From Selaginella moellendorffii (Eukaryota > Plantae > Lycopodiophyta), in contig NW_003314442.1 in assembly GCF_000143415.4 (NCBI RefSeq), positions 62,001 to 126,000 on the forward strand: 64,000 nucleotides of DNA, given 5' to 3'. Below are positions 1 to 12,673 of the stretch, piece by piece (position 1 is the stretch's first letter; each line of letters starts with the position of its first letter). The notes below the pieces were generated by a model, which saw only the letters and a list, made by a program, of their open reading frames with translations, had not been told where the DNA came from and ran no database searches. The translations under genes were made by a program, and so were the position numbers.

Positions 1-432
1 TAACATAGGAAATGATCAGCAAAGAAGAATTGCTGAGCTGTGGCATGTGCACTCAATTTAGGGCAAACCAAAATTATGACATGGAAATAAAAAAGCTGGG
101 AAGTTGTTTTTGAGAAATTTCCTGGAGCATGGAACCCCACCCTTATAACAAAATAGTTAAACCACATTGCTGCAGCAAATTATTTTATTGGTGCTTCTAG
201 AAACTTGTGGGATTCATTGGAGAACAGGGAAAGAGTAGCATTCTTGTTTTCTTGTACGATGATGGAGGAAGGTCGTTTGATGCTGCTGCATACCTGTACG
301 AGGTACTGCTTGAGCAGCAAGCAGCAGTAGAAATTTGCGAGTTCTGAAACAAAGGTGCGCATTTCCATCAAAATATGCCCTATATCCAAAACTACAGAGT
401 TTGGTCTAGGTCTCTCTTTCGCTGATTGAGAT

Positions 433-2040
433 ATGGCGCTCAGGGCATCAACAGCTTGGGCTGACGCGCCGCGGGGCCTCCAGCTCGACAGCAAGAAGCG
501 GGAATGTGTCTTCGTTGTCAATCCCAAAGGTACATCAAGACCAAGCCTCCCACTCCATGCTAACGGGATAAACTTAGGAGCTAATGGTCGCACTGGCAGG
601 GAATGGAGCAACATTTTCCCCAAGCTCTCGCTTGAGCTCAGCAAACATTACAATGTGAGTAAGTATGTTGATTCTATGTTTGCAAGATCTTGGCACTCGC
701 AGGTCTCTCAGGTGAGGACGTCGGGACCATTCCATGCCACGGAAGCTACAAGAAAGGTTTCTGGAGAGTTTGTTTCAAGACCTCTTTTCTATCGTTGCTT
801 GCAGGCTGTTGAGGACGGAGCTGCTGCTGTGATTGCCGTTGGTGGCGATGGTACACTTCACGAGGTATTCTTTTGTCCGTTCCAACTCTTTCACGACATT
901 CATCCTTTGCGATCAGGTTGTGAATGGCTTCTTTCACGACAATTGCGCCTCCGCGGATGAGAGCAGCCATAAGACAGCTCTCGGGGTAGGCCGGTTGCTT
1001 AAAACTCAATCCTTGCTTGACCTGCAAATGCAAATGAAAATGGATGCCTGCAGCTCATCCCTCTTGGAACAGGCTCGGATTTTGCTCGAACATTCGGCTG
1101 GTAAACTTTTCCCGTTTTGTGATAATTCATTTTCATATATATATTCTCAACCTTGACACTGAACAGGAGCAATGATCCTTACCAAGCCATTCATCGGATC
1201 GCCCGAGGTGTGGATATAGTCTGTTCTTGACATGGTATCACAGCTTTAAAACTTTACTAGGAGACCATCGACGCATTGACACTGGCTACGTTTCTGTTGG
1301 TGGAAACCGGCATCATTTCATCAACGTTGGAGCACTTCATTTGTATGTCTGCTCTTTGCTTTCCCGGCACTTGCTTACCGTGCTTGACAGGAGCGCACAG
1401 GCCGGATACCATGCCACTAAGTATAAGTGGCTGGGAAACTTGTCTTACGTGATAGGGGCATTGCAGGCGTTCATGCATCACAAGAATCGCGACCTTGATA
1501 TCCGGGTAAATAACTTTTTGTGTTTTCTTTTCCTCAAAGTTTTTTTCTTGTTACACAGATCAACGGAGAGGAGTGGAAACGTTTTTCAAGAGTTACATCC
1601 ATTGCAATTGGAAATGGCAAGTACTTTGGCGGCGGCATGAAAATCACGCCAACAGCGGATCCTTACAGTGGAGATCTTGAGGTATGTGTGTGACCCTCGA
1701 CGGGGTCAAAGATGTAACAGTGGAGGAGAGATGATGCGCTCGCAGGTGACCATTTTGCAACACTTTCAGTGGTACCACTTTGTGATACACTTGTTCAAGC
1801 TGTACAAGGGCACTTTTCTCGAACTGAACAATACGTGGCGGTTCGACAAGTAGGTCTATGTCTCACCATCGGCTTGTCGATTGAAGGTGGCTTTGTTTCA
1901 GAGTGAAGAGCATCGAGATTAAGGAGGCCGACAACGAGAGTGGAGATGACGGCGTGTTTGTCCAGGCTGATGGAGAGCATCTTGGTTTTCTTCCCGCCGA
2001 GTTTGGGATCTTGCCAGGCAGCCTCGACTTCCTGTGCTGA
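433..2040 (+). CDS. LCBK2: Sphingoid long-chain base kinase 2-like (DAG kinase catalytic family), multi-exon
   Basis: Spliced translation has FVVNPKG(A)[47 protein letters not shown] and a C-terminal [27 protein letters not shown] introns. Confidence 0.85.
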
Positions 2041-2601
2041 AACTCTTTGGCGACGCGACATACCGTTCTTTTCTCTACGCTAACGCGTGGGTGTTATAGT
2101 TGCGACATTTGTTGTTGTCGAAAGGAAAAGAGAAAAGAGCCAGGGGATCGAAATCAATCAAATCAAGCCATGACGAAGACAAAGAAGAGGCAAAGGAGCA
2201 GAGAGAGAGAGAGAGGAAAAAGAAGGTGTCTTGAAGTTTCAAAGGCTTGACCGGGGTCCTTGTCAAAGAGTGTTGTTTTCCTTGTCGTGCTCATAGGTTT
2301 TGTATTTGATATATGGCCATCTTTTGACCAGAGCGATGGGGGTACGGTGCGCCTCAAAGCGTTTGTCTGGGTATCCCGATCCACTTTCCCGGGGGGTTCG
2401 GTCCAGCGCGTGAGCCCCACATTCCAATCTTCCATGCATCGAAGTATCCATCCACCTCGTATGACGTTGGGCTATACCCCCGCACTGAGGCACCCCAGTC
2501 AAAGCTACGAACAAGCGCAGAATCACCCTGCTTGTATATATTAACACGTCTAAACATTCGGAAACCAATCAATCCCCCTTCTCTCTTCTCCTTTCTTCGC
2601 C

Positions 2602-3063
2602 ATGGATTCCTCCTCCCCTTGCTCCTCTCGCCCCTCCTCGCCAGCCGGAGCGCAGCCACTCAAGGTGGTGCACATCTTCTCCCCGAGGATCTTCCGCACC
2701 GATGCCGAGAACTTCCGCACGCTGGTCCAGTGCCTCACGGGCAACAACCGCATCAACGATCTGTGTGATGACTCCTGGATCCCGGACGGATGCGTGGAGC
2801 TCACCCCTCGCAAGCGGCACTCCTCCACCACCTCCAACTTCAATCACCATCTTCTTCTCTCCCCGGCTCAACCCCACGCTGGCGCCGCCGCTGCTGTGGC
2901 TGCTGCTTCTGCTCAACCATTCGGCCTCGGAAGAAACTCGGGCCGCTTTCACGATATCGACATTGTACCGAGCCTCATCTCAGCCGACACTCTTGATGCG
3001 GATTGGCTACCACCATTTGTTCCAGATCCCAGCATCAACCACCTGTGGACATGTCAGGCTTGA
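2602..3063 (+). CDS. VQ motif-containing protein, intronless
   Basis: LKVVHIFSPRIFRTDAENFRTLVQCLTG matches the FxxxVQxLTG motif. Confidence 0.85.
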   Translation: MDSSSPCSSRPSSPAGAQPLKVVHIFSPRIFRTDAENFRTLVQCLTGNNRINDLCDDSWIPDGCVELTPRKRHSSTTSNFNHHLLLSPAQPHAGAAAAVAAASAQPFGLGRNSGRFHDIDIVPSLISADTLDADWLPPFVPDPSINHLWTCQA

Positions 3064-3206
3064 GCACAAACAGCCTTGTAAGTTCCCAGTGTAGATAAAA
3101 AGAACCGCAGCATACCAACTGTCTCGGTCGAGCGAGCTGCTGGGTGTGCGCGCGCGCGTGTTGTTGAATTAAAGGAGCAGTCGGTAAATACAAAGTGCCT
3201 TTTGAT

Positions 3207-4489
3207 TCAAAACTCCTGGCCTTCCATATCCGATCTCACAGGATACTCTAGCCCTTTGAACACTGGCATTCTTCTAACATCCTCTTCCGCATACATGGGA
3301 AGGAACCAAAACAATTTCTTTGTGCCAAAAACCTGCCAACGGAGGTGAAGCTCTTGCAATCCAAAACAAATGCAAACCTGCCTACCTGCTCGAAATTCTT
3401 TCTACGCCCAAGGTCATAGCGCCATCTTGCAGTTGCTTTCTTCTCGTAAGCCTGCGGCAACAGCATTGAGCAGGAAACACTTGGAAAGGAAGTTATGCTT
3501 TAACCTCAATGGTGGTGGTGTTTCCAGCGACTAAAGATATGTGCATGATGAGAAAACCCAGTACGCTGAGTGCAAAGGCCAGATCTAGGACTGAAGCCAA
3601 GAGGAAAAGGGCGAGTTTCAGAATGAGAAAGAAACCGCAACGACTGACCAAATGCGAGAAAGGTGGTCGCAAGTGTCCCGGGAAGAGCAGGCTCGTCATC
3701 AGCATCTGTGAAGAATGCAATGAAGTGTGGTAGTAGCGAGAGCGACACCAGTGATGTCTCAAGAAATGTATAGAACTGCACAATATCCAGACGTCAACAT
3801 GCAGAGGAGGATGATTGGCACCCGTCGTACCAGGAAAAGTAGAAACGCCTTGTAGTTGCGAGCACCAACACAATTGACAACCCAGACACAGTGGTGGTCC
3901 ATCTTGAGGACGCATCGTCCACCTGCATGGCACTGGCAAGTTAGCGAAAGAGTTTGAGGCGCATGGGCATGACTTACACACGGAGCAGTGGTGGCAGCGC
4001 GGAGGCTTGAACTGGCAGCACTTCCGGCAGAAGCGCATCCTGGAGCTGTCGAGGCTGGTGCTCATCTGGGTGGTGGGCGCGGTCAGGACTGCGGCCGAGT
4101 TGGCGGGCAGCGATGACAGGAGCGTGTTCTGTGCTTCCATATCCTCATTCGCGGAGGCGGGCTTCCAGTCCGAGGGGACGCTCCCTGGATCCGTGAACAC
4201 CACTGCAAAATAGCACCAGAGGACCATTGCCAGCTGATGCATCGAAGAAAGCTCTGAGCTATGGAATGCACACTCAATGCAAAGAAAGTATTCTTGTTAC
4301 CAAGAGGTGGAAGGCGACAATGACGAGCGCGGCAACCGGGGCGTGATATCCAGCCTTGAACAGATCGGGGCCGTAATTGGCGACGACGATGGCGTAGTAG
4401 GAGACGGAGACAACGGCCAGAACCACCAGGATCATGACGGATCCCACGACCCGGAGACCGGTGCAAAGCTTGAACGCGTTCCATGCCAT
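3207..4489 (-). CDS. DHHC protein S-acyltransferase (PAT13/14-like), multi-exon
   Basis: [16 protein letters not shown] start, TM helices, [18 protein letters not shown]...[33 protein letters not shown], ending [12 protein letters not shown]. Confidence 0.9.
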
Positions 4490-4849
4490 CAACTTCCTGT
4501 GACCAACCTTTGCCCACCAGCTGCGGCCGCTGCCACTGCCGCTACAGGCCAGATTGCGCAACGCGAGGGCCGCGCCCTACCTCCTCTGCAAATTACCCTA
4601 GAACTCTCTCATCACCGCCGCATTCAGCGCCCGGATTTGGCACACATTGCTGATTGCTGTGAGAGTGACCGACAATGCTGGAAAGATTCGCCCCTGTGCT
4701 CGCTCCTCCTGTTCACGCTTCCATTCCCAGCCGCCAAGGAATATACCCCCCTTCCCTTTGCATTTTCCTTCCCTTTTTGCGCTTTAGGTCTTCTCCTTGC
4801 TTCTAGACCTAGGGAGAGTTGAGAGAAGCGAGCGGCGCCGACGACGACG

Positions 4850-5336
4850 ATGATGATGATGAGGCGAGCTGCGCAGCGCTTGACGGGAGGGGGCGTCTTG
4901 ATCCGCCGGACCTATGCCGACACGCGAGGCGTGCTTAGCGAGGAGGAGAAGGCGGCGGAAAACATGTATATAAAGGTTTGCTTGCTTTGTTTCTGGCCAA
5001 AAAGTCCTCATGTCGCTTTGATCATGTATGATCAGAGAATGGAGAGGGAAAAGCTCGAAAAAGCCCGCATGAAGGTGAGTGCTGCTGCGTGCTGCTGCAT
5101 TGACATTCAATCAATCCTCACTCCTCACTGGTGGGCAGGCAAGCGAGGAGGAGGCCTCGTCTGCGGCATCCTCGGCATCCACAGAAGAACGAGTGCCAAA
5201 GGCAGACCCGGACCTGCCCACCAAGAGCATAGCGATGGGAGCTGGCCTTGTTGCTGTGGCTTGTGCAGTTTACTTCATGTTTTCGTCGCCCCCTAGTGGC
5301 AAGAAGACTGCGGAATCCAAGGTCGAAGAGTCTTAG
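4850..5336 (+). CDS. Small mitochondrial protein, At2g27730-like (plant complex I P2 / IF1-like N-terminus), 3 exons
   Basis: Arg-rich presequence, GVLSEEEKAAENMYIK(R)MEREKLEK motif, one C-terminal TM helix (SIAMGAGLVAVACAVYFM). Confidence 0.75.
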
Positions 5337-5462
5337 TAAGTCCGCACCGGACGGAAAGCGAGACAATCACGAAAGACGCCCTGGCTTGGCTTTTTCATCT
5401 TTCACTGTTAAATAACAAAGTAAGGGCCCTCTAGGGCTTAGTGGCATTTGGTCTTTTTGGCG

Positions 5463-8400
5463 ATGGAGGAGGACGAGGAGCTGTTGCAGCGGCTGGGCGT
5501 GACGGCTGCACGAGCTGAGGACGTCGAGCGCCATGTCATTGCTGCGCAGCACCACCAGGTGTGATCCTTCTTCCGCTACCTACGGCCTTTCGAGACTGTT
5601 TGCTTTGCTAGGTTGATGGCGGCGGCGGGGGCGAGCACCCGGAGGCTATTGCCAAGCAATTGACTGTCTTGCAGAAGGAGATTGACGCTGTGGAGAATGG
5701 TCTGGAGCGTTATGAAGAGGACGGTGGTGAGCTCCACACCACTCTCGCGCACGACCGTCTCCACTCTCTCAACTCCAAGAAGAAAAAGCTGCGAGCCCGA
5801 TTGAAGTCTCTGGATGGAGCGTCACCTTCCACACAAGAACAACGCTCTTGCCTCCTGGAAGACAACGACCTCGACGCAGCTCTGGACGCAGCCTCTGGGC
5901 TTGTTGAGACTGTGGGTAACTAAGCTCAAGTTTTTCTTTCCATCACCGACGGGGGACGCTTGCCTTTCCAGGAGCGCGACAGGCTCATCCGCACCGGGGC
6001 ACTGACGCCGTTTGACAGGATCAAAGGCTTCGAGCGCCGAGTACAGACGCTAAGTGATCGACAGTCGCTGGAGCGGGACCGATTGGCCGAGACCAGCCTC
6101 TCTAATGCCGTCGCGTCGCTGGCCGCAATATCTCGCTCTCGAGCAACAACCAAGCTGCTCGATCCGGCCCAGCTCCCAACGCTCGAGGCGCCGACGCGTG
6201 AGTTTCGAAGGCCTCCAAAGTCACTTGACGTTGGGAGGAGGAAGAAGCGCAAGCGGCCGCTGCCTGAGTCCAAGTGGAGGCGGAAAAAGCCTCACAAGCT
6301 ACCAGAGCAGGCAGCAGATGACAACGACGGTATGCCATCGTTATCTCATCTTATTAACTCGTTCGTGGCTTACTTAGATGGCGACGACAACGACGTTAAT
6401 GATGAGGAATGCGACGACGACGTGATCCTGGAAGGAGGGCTCAGGATTCCGTTAGATATCTACGACAGGCTCTTCGATTATCAGAAAACTGGAGTCAAGT
6501 GGCTGTGGGAACTGCACTCTCTAAAAACAGGGGGGATCATAGGTGATGAGATGGGACTAGGCAAAACGGTACAGGTCATTGCATTTCTGGCTGCCTTACA
6601 CCACAGTCGGATGTACTCGCCCAGCATTGTCGTCTGTCCCGTGACACTAACTTTCCAGTGGAAGCGGGAGGTTGAAAAGTGGTATCCCAAGTTCGACGTG
6701 CAAGTTGTGCACGAGTCGGCTGCTCCGAAAGGGAAGAAGAAGGAGGCGGAGGATTCCGATGCAAGCGGAGATGACAGTGGCGACGCGAGGCGTGATGCAA
6801 GACTAGCTCGTTGGGACGGGGTTGTAGAAAAAACTGTCCGGTCGCCTTCTGGTCTCATTGTGACGACTTATGAGCAGCTCCGGTTGCTGAAAGATACACT
6901 GCTGGACATAGACTGGGGATATGCGGTACTGGACGAAGGGCACAGGATAAGGAATCCAGACGCTGAAACAACTCTCATCTGCAAGCAGCTACAGACTGTT
7001 CACCGCATTATCATGACCGGTGCTCCTATACAAAACAAGCTTACAGAGCTGTGGTCTCTCTTCGACTTCGTTTTCCCTGGAAAGCTGGGAGTCCTTCCAG
7101 TGTTCCAGGCCCAGTTTGCTCTACCTATATCCATCGGTGGCTATGCAAATGCGACATCGTTGCAGGTCTCCACTGCCTACAAGTGTGCCGTCACCCTTCG
7201 GGATCTGATCATGCCTTACATTCTCCGCCGCATGAAGTCCGATGTTGAAGCCAAGCTCACCAAGAAGACGGAGCACGTTCTTTTCTGTAGCCTGACTGAG
7301 ACGCAGCGCGCCTGCTACCGTGCCTTCTTAGCAAGCTCAGACGTGGAACGCATTTTCGAGGGGAGCAAGAACGCACTCTACGGCATTGACATACTGCGGA
7401 AGATCTGCAACCATCCTGATCTTCTGGAGAGGGAGGCCAGCGAGAAGCATGCCGACTACGGCCTACCAGATCGAAGTGGGAAGCTGATGGTGGTCAGTCA
7501 GGTCCTCAACTCGTGGAAGGATCAGGGGCACAGAGTACTTGTTTTCTGCCAGACGCAACAGATGCTGGATATCGTTGAGATCTTTGTAGAGTCACAGGGG
7601 TATACATACAGGAGAATGGATGGCTCCACATCTGTGAAGCAGCGGCCGGCTCTAATCGACGAATTCAACGAGTCTTCACATGTTTTCGTCTTCCTATTAA
7701 CTACCAAAGTCGGGGGCCTGGGAACCAATCTTACTGGTGCGAACAGAGTTATTATTTTCGATCCGGACTGGAACCCTTCGACTGACATGCAGGTATGGCT
7801 AGTCCTTTCAATAACTTGCTCCGACTTTCTCTTCAATAGGCTAGAGAAAGGGCTTGGAGAATCGGGCAGACAAAGGACGTTATTGTTTACCGTCTAATTA
7901 CCAGGGGAACGATTGAAGAGAAGGTGTACCATCGCCAAATATACAAGCAGTTTTTGACGAACAAAATCCTCCGGGATCCCCAACAACGGCGTGTATTCAA
8001 GTCCAAAGACATGCGAGATTTGTTCGTGCTGCACGAAGATGCGGAGGGAGACAAAACGGAGACATCGAACTTGTTTCCAGAGTTAAAGCTTCCCGCTGCG
8101 GCTGAAAGCGACGCCAAAGAAGCGGCACATGGTGGCGAGGAAGGTGACCAAATCACAAGAGACGAGCAAGATGGTGCGGATGAGTCCAGGCTTCTGCAGA
8201 GCTTGATGCAGGCCAACGGAATACACGTAAGTTCATTTTCCAAGTCTCCAGGTTTAACGTGTGTGTGCTTTAGTCTGCGATGGACCACGATGCAATCCTG
8301 GCTGTCAACGATCCCGAACGGGTGAAGGTGGACTTTGAAGCGAGCAGGGTGGCCGAACGAGCTGCCGAAGCTCTCCAGCAGTCTCGGCTAATACGAATGC

Positions 8401-8810
8401 GAGACGACGTGGCTGTTCCCACGTGGACAGGGAACTCAGGCGCTGCTGGGGCTCCAGGTGGTGGACGGAGGAGGTTTGGAGCTGCCGTGAATTCTCGCTT
8501 GATGTCTCCTGCGCCACCCCCGGGGACGCCAGGTGCATCTAGCAGCAGGGCCCTCAGCTCGGTCGAGCTCCTGGCTCAGATGAGGCAACGCCAAGCAGGT
8601 GCGGTCGAAAGCAAACGAGAGGCACTACGTAGCGAGCTTGAGAGGTTTCTGAGGAGCCACGGCGGGAGTGCACTGTCGACGACAGTCGTTCAGCACTTCA
8701 AGCTGAAGCTGTCACAAGCGGAGCTACCGCTTTTCAGGCAGCTGCTGAATGAGATAGCGGCCTTGAACAAGGATGGTGGGGAGTCCAGGTGGATTCTGAA
8801 ACACGACTAG
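5463..8810 (+). CDS. CHR8: SNF2-family DNA repair ATPase CSB/ERCC6 (CHR8/Rad26)
   Basis: [16 protein letters not shown] start, [61 protein letters not shown]-terminal motif. Confidence 0.93.
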
Positions 8811-8847
8811 ATATCATGGACGGGACATTTTTTCCACATTCTTTCTC

Positions 8848-10343
8848 TCAGTAGCCGTAAGGATGCAGGAGAGGATCTCTGTTGATATCTTTGTACAAAA
8901 AGTATCGGGACCTCGTCCGTCCGAGCGCTCCATACCTGTTTTGTTTAACAGCCAGACTTGGATATAAACACGGTGCATAGGCAAAGTTTTACCATTGTGG
9001 GACAAATGGAGCCATCCAGATGGCATCGCCTGCTTGCACGGGATACCTGCAGTATAGACAGATGGAGAGAATGGAGATGATGCAGGAACTGTTTTACCAC
9101 TGATTGCTGAGCCGGTAGATCCCCCGACCTTCGAGCAGGAACAAGCCGTGTTGAAAATAGTGAACCTCCTGGGTGTCATCGCCACGGTAAGCGTAGCAAC
9201 ATAGGGAATCCAAAACTTGCCTTGACGTTCAAGTACTCTCCAGGCTGGAAATCCATAATCTGTGACCAGCAGGTCAACGTTCTTGCGTTGTTAGACGCGA
9301 CATGAAAGTTTGACACTTACATGGACGTTGAAGTCGTAGATTGCGTCCGAGGGTAGCAACTTTCGCAGATCAAAAACCTGGAAACTCAGAAAAGTTACAG
9401 TGTGTTAAGCTTGCAAGGTGTAGCTGCTTACCTCCCCGGGAGTTTCAAGAAGAGGACGATCATCGACATTTCCAACGAGGAATTGGGGACGCTGGTTGTC
9501 GAGGGCTTGTGATGCAAAATACCTGCAAACCACGACGACATGTTGTTCGGTCATTCAAGGAAGAAGGGAGACCCGCCTGCGTTCCAAGACGAGAAAGGTT
9601 ACAGGCGCAGTTGAGTAGAGGGTGTGGTTAAAATGTGGTGGGAGATACGCATACGAGTTCACCTGCGCACAAATCACCATACACAGTGGAAATGAAGTAC
9701 TACTAGCGACGGGAAAATACCGAGAGCTCGTTCTCGTCATCCATCACATTGTGCGTGGTCAAGAGAACGCTGCCCGCGAGGACAAAGACAAGCCTGCGGT
9801 TTGATGTTTAGACGTCTCTCCCTAAATGTTACTCTTGCGTACCTCTCAACACCCGGTAAGGGAGGGGCCGAAGATGAGGAAGCTGAGGCCGAGACACACG
9901 TTATCAGCTGTGAGGCATGAACATGATTCATGAATTTACCTTCCATGCGTGCAATGTACATGGTGAAATGCGAGCCAATCGCTGGCGTGACCAGGTAAGC
10001 TGCTTGAGCATTGGTCCTAGAAACGTGATGGAAACAGTGATGAGATGGGAGAGAGAGGAGAGAGGAGGCAATTGCAGACCATCCGGGAAGAGCACTGAAA
10101 ACTTGGCTCTCGGGTGTGATAAGCGCATGGTCCCGTTGGTACACGCTCCGGGTGAATCCTGGCAAGTCCGCTGGGAGGGAAGGGCCTCGTCTCAAAGCCA
10201 TATAATAAAACACACTAAAAACCTGGAGACTGGAAGGAGCTGATGTCGTCTCGAATGTGGGCTTGACACGTCCCTGCACTGCCAAATACTAGTCGTAGCT
10301 GCACAAGCAGCAGCGGCACCAGCAGCGGCGGAACAAGAGACAT
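8848..10343 (-). CDS. UGLYAH: (S)-ureidoglycine aminohydrolase (cupin, purine/ureide catabolism) with predicted signal peptide
   Basis: Exon 1 from ATG 10343 reads MSLVPPLLVPLLLVQLRLVFGSAG...SFQSP and splices in phase to ADLPGFTRSVYQRDHALITPES. Later exons read IMDFQPGEYLNVKEVHYFQHGL, YPVQAGDAIWMAPFVPQW and YFLYKDINRDPL. Confidence 0.9.
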
Positions 10344-10397
10344 ATCTTTCCTTGTTCTTGGTTACCAGATATTTTGGCAGCGCAGCAAACCTAAACA

Positions 10398-11123
10398 ATG
10401 GAGTCGGACATTGAGCAAGTCCTGTGGACGGCGGCGGACATCGAGCAGCGGGTCAAGGAGCTGGCGGCCGCAATCTCCCGCGACCTGGCCAGCCACACCC
10501 CTCTGCTTCTTCTCGGGGTAGGGAAGCAGCCAACTTTGTAGAGAATGACTGTCGTCGTGTGCAGGTGGCCACCGGAGCTTTCATGCTTGTGGCCGACCTG
10601 GCTCGCCATCTCAAGCTGCCCGTCCTCGTCGACTTCATCCGGGTGCAGTCTTACGGCAACAACACGCAGTCGAGCGGCGTGGCCACCGTCTCGTCGTGCG
10701 ACGCCAAGATCAACGTTAAAGGCAAGCACATCCTCCTGGTAAGCCGGCTCTTGCATAGCTAAAGCTATAACCATTCTCATACGCAAAGGTGGAGGACATC
10801 ATCGACACGGGGGTCACCTTGTCAGCGCTGGTGGACCATCTGCTGGAGCGGGGAGCTGCCTCCATCTCTGTGTGTGCGCTGCTGGACAAGGTATGCCGGC
10901 GGAGGGTCGGCCTCACTCTCCCCAGCAACGGCAGGCTTTATGCTGGCTTCCAGGTGTGTTTTGCGACCAAAATCCAGTCTAAATAAACTGTGTAAAACCG
11001 CTGTGCCAGTGCCCGGACAGGTTCGTGGTGGGCTACGGCATGGATTTCGCGGAGCACTACCGAAACCTCCCATACGTGGGAGTACTCAAACCTCAAGTCT
11101 ACCAGAGTTGCAAGTCCGATTGA
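10398..11123 (+). CDS. HGPT: Hypoxanthine-guanine phosphoribosyltransferase (purine salvage)
   Basis: [10 protein letters not shown]...[13 protein letters not shown]...[14 protein letters not shown] motif [34 protein letters not shown]. Confidence 0.93.
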
Positions 11124-11293
11124 CTGTGCATTGTGGTGAATCGCAATATTGAATCAGATTATCATAGGTAATTATGCACAAACGAACTGCCTCCGCCACT
11201 CTGCGTCTCGTCTGGATGGATCCCAGCAAATAAACATAAATACACCACCACCTCCCTGTTATTCCTATACTCCATGTCCCCTGCGGCACGGCC

Positions 11294-12556
11294 TCACGAG
11301 GAGACGTAGGGCGGAGGAGCAGCCCGGGCTGCCATGCCAGCAACCTGTGCTTGCATCTGTGCCGTCCTCACTTTGGCTGAAGTAGCTCGGTAGAAGAACT
11401 GATCGCGCGCCAGCATCCGGACGTGCCTGAGGTACACCTCCGCCGTGATCACCCCCTCCTGCACTGCCTTGTCCAAAGAATAGAGCACGTCCTCGATCGC
11501 CAGGTCCTCGGCGCTCGCCTCCAACATCTGCCTCGACAGCACGTCGCAAGGCTCGAACGCCTCGTCTATGTTCATGTCGCCCGACGCGTTGGGGCCGTCG
11601 TTGGACTGCAGCCACGTCTCCAGCACGTCCGTGTTGGTAAGCAGCAGCTGCAGTTGCTGCTCTAGGCCCTCCTTCTCGTGCTGGAGCTCCTGTAAGTGCT
11701 TGCCTAGCTGCTCGGCTCTCTTGTTCAGAGACGCTTGCACGCTAAAAAGCTCGTCCATCTCTACCTCGAACGAGCTCCGCAAGCTTACCACATCCTGTTG
11801 CACCCGTGCCACCAAAGTGTTGACAGCGTTCCTCTTAAACACGGACGCCGGGTCCTCTGTACGAGTCGATGGCTGCTGCTGCTGCTGCTGCTGCTGATAG
11901 TAGGGAGGAGGATACGGGATGGGCGCCGCCGACGTAGGTGGTGGAGAGTTGCTGCTGTAGATTGGATTCATTCCATGGAACGACTGCTGTGGTTGCTGCT
12001 GGGGTTGCGTTTGTTGCTGGAGTTGCTGCTGCTGCTGCTGCTGCTGTGGAGACGGGACGGGTGTGGACGGCCTCGAGTAGAGCGGAGGGTCGTGACCAAA
12101 GTGCAAGCTGAGATTTTGGACAAGCTCCACCAGATTGGAACGCGGGAACACCCACTGCTGCAAGTAAGGCACCGAGACCATCCCCGAGGCGTCCACCAGG
12201 CGATGGCGAGGTTTGATGATCATGTCCCGTGTGGGACTCACGTAGACGAGCGGCGGCTTGCGGGGATACGGCTCCGTGAGCCAGATCGTAACGGGGATGT
12301 TGTACTTGACGTCCTGGTAGTACATGGGAATGGTGCCATCCGCCTGGAGGAGATTGGCTTGGCGGCCATCGTTGTGCGTGAAGCCGGCTGTGCGGGCCTG
12401 GAGCCCCGGGAAGTGCTGGATCACGTTCACCAGGTGCTGCCGGATGGACCATTTCACTTCCTCCTCGTACGGCAGCGCGTTGGGGCGCGACAGTACCGAA
12501 TTCAGGAACTGGACGCACGCGTGCGACGACGTCTGCCCCGGCGATATCGACGGCAT
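11294..12556 (-). CDS. VPS23: ESCRT-I subunit VPS23/TSG101 (ELC-like), intronless
   Basis: UEV domain (GTIPMYYQDVKYNIPVTIWLTEPYP), Pro/Gln-rich linker, coiled coil and C-terminal steadiness box (EDLAIEDVLYSLDKA...YLRHVRMLARDQF). Confidence 0.92.
   Translation of the reverse strand: MPSISPGQTSSHACVQFLNSVLSRPNALPYEEEVKWSIRQHLVNVIQHFPGLQARTAGFTHNDGRQANLLQADGTIPMYYQDVKYNIPVTIWLTEPYPRKPPLVYVSPTRDMIIKPRHRLVDASGMVSVPYLQQWVFPRSNLVELVQNLSLHFGHDPPLYSRPSTPVPSPQQQQQQQQLQQQTQPQQQPQQSFHGMNPIYSSNSPPPTSAAPIPYPPPYYQQQQQQQQPSTRTEDPASVFKRNAVNTLVARVQQDVVSLRSSFEVEMDELFSVQASLNKRAEQLGKHLQELQHEKEGLEQQLQLLLTNTDVLETWLQSNDGPNASGDMNIDEAFEPCDVLSRQMLEASAEDLAIEDVLYSLDKAVQEGVITAEVYLRHVRMLARDQFFYRATSAKVRTAQMQAQVAGMAARAAPPPYVSS
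11872..12046 (-). repeat. Coding (CAG)n tracts (poly-Gln) in VPS23
   Basis: gctgctgct runs at about 11872-11895 and 12023-12046 on the + strand. Confidence 0.9.
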
Positions 12557-12647
12557 CGCCCCTCCTCCCTCCTCTCCCTCCACGATTGAGCTTACCCGCG
12601 AGCCGGCGCTTGTTCCACTCCCCTACCTAGCCTAGGGCGGCCAACAC

Positions 12648-12656
12648 AAACCCTAA
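12648..12656 (+). promoter_or_regulatory. Telo-box (AAACCCTAA) upstream of VPS23
   Basis: Exact AAACCCTAA about 90 bp upstream of the VPS23 ATG, in the 117-bp gap after the PPR stop. Confidence 0.45.
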
Positions 12657-12673
12657 ACTCTTGCTCGCTCCTT

